The translations under genes were made by a program, and so were the position numbers. From positions 736,001-800,000 of the forward strand of contig CBDCRW010000006.1 of the NCBI GenBank assembly GCA_965221125.1: a stretch of DNA of 64,000 nucleotides. Reading direction: 5' to 3'. This document shows positions 62,015 to 64,000 of this stretch, piece after piece (within the stretch, counting starts at the first letter, position 1; each line of letters opens with the position of its first letter). The DNA is from Alphaproteobacteria bacterium. Its GTDB lineage: Bacteria; Pseudomonadota; Alphaproteobacteria; UBA828. Under the pieces are notes generated by a model that had not been told where the DNA came from, made no database searches, and saw only the letters and a list, made by a program, of their open reading frames with translations.

Positions 62015-62497
62015 TCAGCGTTTGGAGAACTGGAAGCTCCGGCGGGCCTTGCGCTTGCCGTACTTCTTGCGCTCCACGACGCGGCTGTCGCGGGTGAGGA
62101 AGCCGCCGGACTTGAGCATCTTGCGGAGCTCCGGCTCGCGCGCGGCGAGCGCCCGGCTGATGCCGTGTCGAAGCGCACCTGCCTGGCCGGAGAGGCCGCC
62201 GCCCTTGACCGTGCAGATGACGTCGTACTGAGTGCGGCGCCCCACCAGCTCCGCCGGCTGGTTGATGATCATCCGGAGCGCAGGGCGGGCGAAATAGGTC
62301 TCCACCGCGCGCTTGTTGACCGTGATCGTGCCGATGCCGGGGCGCAGCCACACCCGGGCCACCGCGTCCTTGCGCTTGCCGGTCGCGTAGGTGCGGCCCA
62401 GGCGGTCGATCTGCGGCTCGGGCTCGATGTCCGCGTCGGGCCGGGCGACCTCGCCGAGCTCGGCAAGGCTGGTCAGGGTTTTCGGCTCGTCAGCCAC
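62015..62497 (-). CDS. rpsI: 30S ribosomal protein S9
   Basis: [26 protein letters not shown]. Confidence 0.97.
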   Translation of the reverse strand: MADEPKTLTSLAELGEVARPDADIEPEPQIDRLGRTYATGKRKDAVARVWLRPGIGTITVNKRAVETYFARPALRMIINQPAELVGRRTQYDVICTVKGGGLSGQAGALRHGISRALAAREPELRKMLKSGGFLTRDSRVVERKKYGKRKARRSFQFSKR

Positions 62498-62963
62498 GGA
62501 GCGTGCTCCTCGCGTTCTTCGGATTCATCGCGGCGATGTCGAGGGGTTCGGGTTGCTGCGCCTCGTGCGGATGGTCCGGGCCGGCATAGACCTTGAGGTT
62601 CGCCATCTGCTGGCGCCCCAAGGGGCCCTTGGGGATCATCCGCTGCACCGCCTTGATCACCACCGTCTCCGGCTTCTTGCCGCCGAGGATGCGCGCTGCG
62701 GTGCGGGTCTTGAGCCCGCCGGGGTAGCCGGTGTGGTGATGGTAGAGCTTGTCTTCCCGCTTGCGCCCGGTGAGCCGCACCTTGCCGGCATTGACGATGA
62801 TGATGTTGTCGCCGCAATCCATGTGCGGCGTGTAGCTCGGCTTGTGCTTGCCGCGCAGGCGGGTGGCGACGATGGACGCGAGCCTGCCGAGGACGATGTC
62901 CTCGGCGTCCACCAGCATCCACTTCTTCTCGATGGTGGCAGGCGTTGCCGAGAAGGTTTTCAT
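62490..62963 (-). CDS. rplM: 50S ribosomal protein L13
   Basis: [36 protein letters not shown]. Confidence 0.97.
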   Translation of the reverse strand: MKTFSATPATIEKKWMLVDAEDIVLGRLASIVATRLRGKHKPSYTPHMDCGDNIIIVNAGKVRLTGRKREDKLYHHHTGYPGGLKTRTAARILGGKKPETVVIKAVQRMIPKGPLGRQQMANLKVYAGPDHPHEAQQPEPLDIAAMNPKNARSTLRG

Positions 62964-63119
62964 TGCGCTCACGACGGTGGGATTAGATGCAACGGCGCGC
63001 GGGTGTATCCGGCGAACGCCGGCCCGCGCGTCGGGGCGCAGTATGCCACAGGATCGGCCGCAGTCAACGGCGGCTTTGCGCGGCGCAGGGTCTGCTCTGG
63101 CGGTGCGTCAGTGGGCGTG

Positions 63120-64000
63120 TCAGTGGGCGTCGGCCCAGCTCCCGCCGGTGCCGACATCGACGGTGAGCGGCACGTCGAGATAGGCCGCGCCTTCCATCAC
63201 CCGCTTCACCACCGCGGCGGTCTCGTCCACCTCCGCTTCCGGCACCTCGAACACCAGCTCGTCGTGGACCTGCAGCAGCATCCGGGCGCCCAGGCCTTGG
63301 GCCTCCAGCGCGCCCTGCATGGGGATCATCGCGCGCTTGATGACGTCGGCCGCGGCCCCCTGGATCGGCGCGTTGATCGCCGCCCGCTCCGAGAACGCGC
63401 GGCGCGCCGGGTTGCGGTCGTTGATCCCCGGCAACCGGCACTTGCGGCCGAAGAGCGTGGTCACGAAGCCCTCCGCATGGGCCGCCTTCTTGGTGCGCTC
63501 CATGTAATCCCTTATGCCGGGATAGCGCGTGAAATAGGCCTCGATGTAGCCCTTGGCCTCGGCCTGCGGCACGCCGATCTGGCGCGCGAGCCCGAAGGGG
63601 CTGATGCCGTAGATGATACCGAAGTTGATCGCCTTGGCCGAGCGGCGGACCATCGGGTCCATGCCCTCCAGCGGCACGTCGAACACCTGGCTCGCGGTCA
63701 GCGCGTGGATGTCGATCCCCTCGCGGAAGGCGTCCTTCAGCGGGTCCACGCCGGCCACGTGGGCGAGGATGCGAAGCTCGATCTGCGAGTAGTCGGCGGA
63801 CATCAGCACGTGGCCCGGCGCGGCCACGAAGGCGCGGCGGATGCGGCGGCCCTCCTCGGTGCGGATCGGGATGTTCTGCAGGTTCGGGTCGTTGGACGAC
63901 AGCCTGCCGGTGTTGGCGGCGGTCATGGTGAAGGTCGTGTGCACGCGCCGGCTCCGGGGGTCGATGTGCTCAATCAGGGCATCGGTGTAAGTGCTCTTGA
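63120..64000 (-). CDS. polA: DNA polymerase I, C-terminal part (runs off the right edge)
   Basis: TGRLSS.DPNLQNIP, ADYSQIELR, KAINFGIIYG, LQVHDEL. Confidence 0.96.
   Translation of the reverse strand, partial: KSTYTDALIEHIDPRSRRVHTTFTMTAANTGRLSSNDPNLQNIPIRTEEGRRIRRAFVAAPGHVLMSADYSQIELRILAHVAGVDPLKDAFREGIDIHALTASQVFDVPLEGMDPMVRRSAKAINFGIIYGISPFGLARQIGVPQAEAKGYIEAYFTRYPGIRDYMERTKKAAHAEGFVTTLFGRKCRLPGINDRNPARRAFSERAAINAPIQGAAADVIKRAMIPMQGALEAQGLGARMLLQVHDELVFEVPEAEVDETAAVVKRVMEGAAYLDVPLTVDVGTGGSWADAH

Overview
GC-rich alphaproteobacterial chromosome segment (Rhodospirillales-like gene set, by inference) in three parts. (1) 1-29.3 kb, all minus strand: split corrinoid/pterin methyltransferase genes, a GlxA-type regulator, a purine catabolism cluster (guaD, uraD, puuD, BMP-type ABC transporter, xdhABC, uraH), phaR, two ATP-dependent hydantoinase/oxoprolinase systems, dehydrogenases and an EamA transporter. 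(2) 29.3-53.5 kb, accessory DNA at the 3' end of tRNA-Glu(TTC). An older decayed island holds a GNAT/DUF1778 toxin-antitoxin pair, integrase remnants, IS21 and a Ni/Co transporter. Next to it is an att-bounded, tail-less, capsid-encoding phage satellite-like element (36940-53510; about 10.3 kb without later insertions) with int, alpA, primase-VapE, TerL, HNH, capsid, protease, connector and portal. Its TerL is split by IS1380. Its capsid gene has an amber stop plus a 4.6 kb TGT...ACA transposon (DDE transposase, ExeA-like ATPase, AAA_25 ATPase, long hairpin). (3) 53.6-64 kb, core genes recJ, glpX, hom, phaC, argC, rpsI, rplM and polA. All calls rest on motif recognition by eye; no database searches were run.
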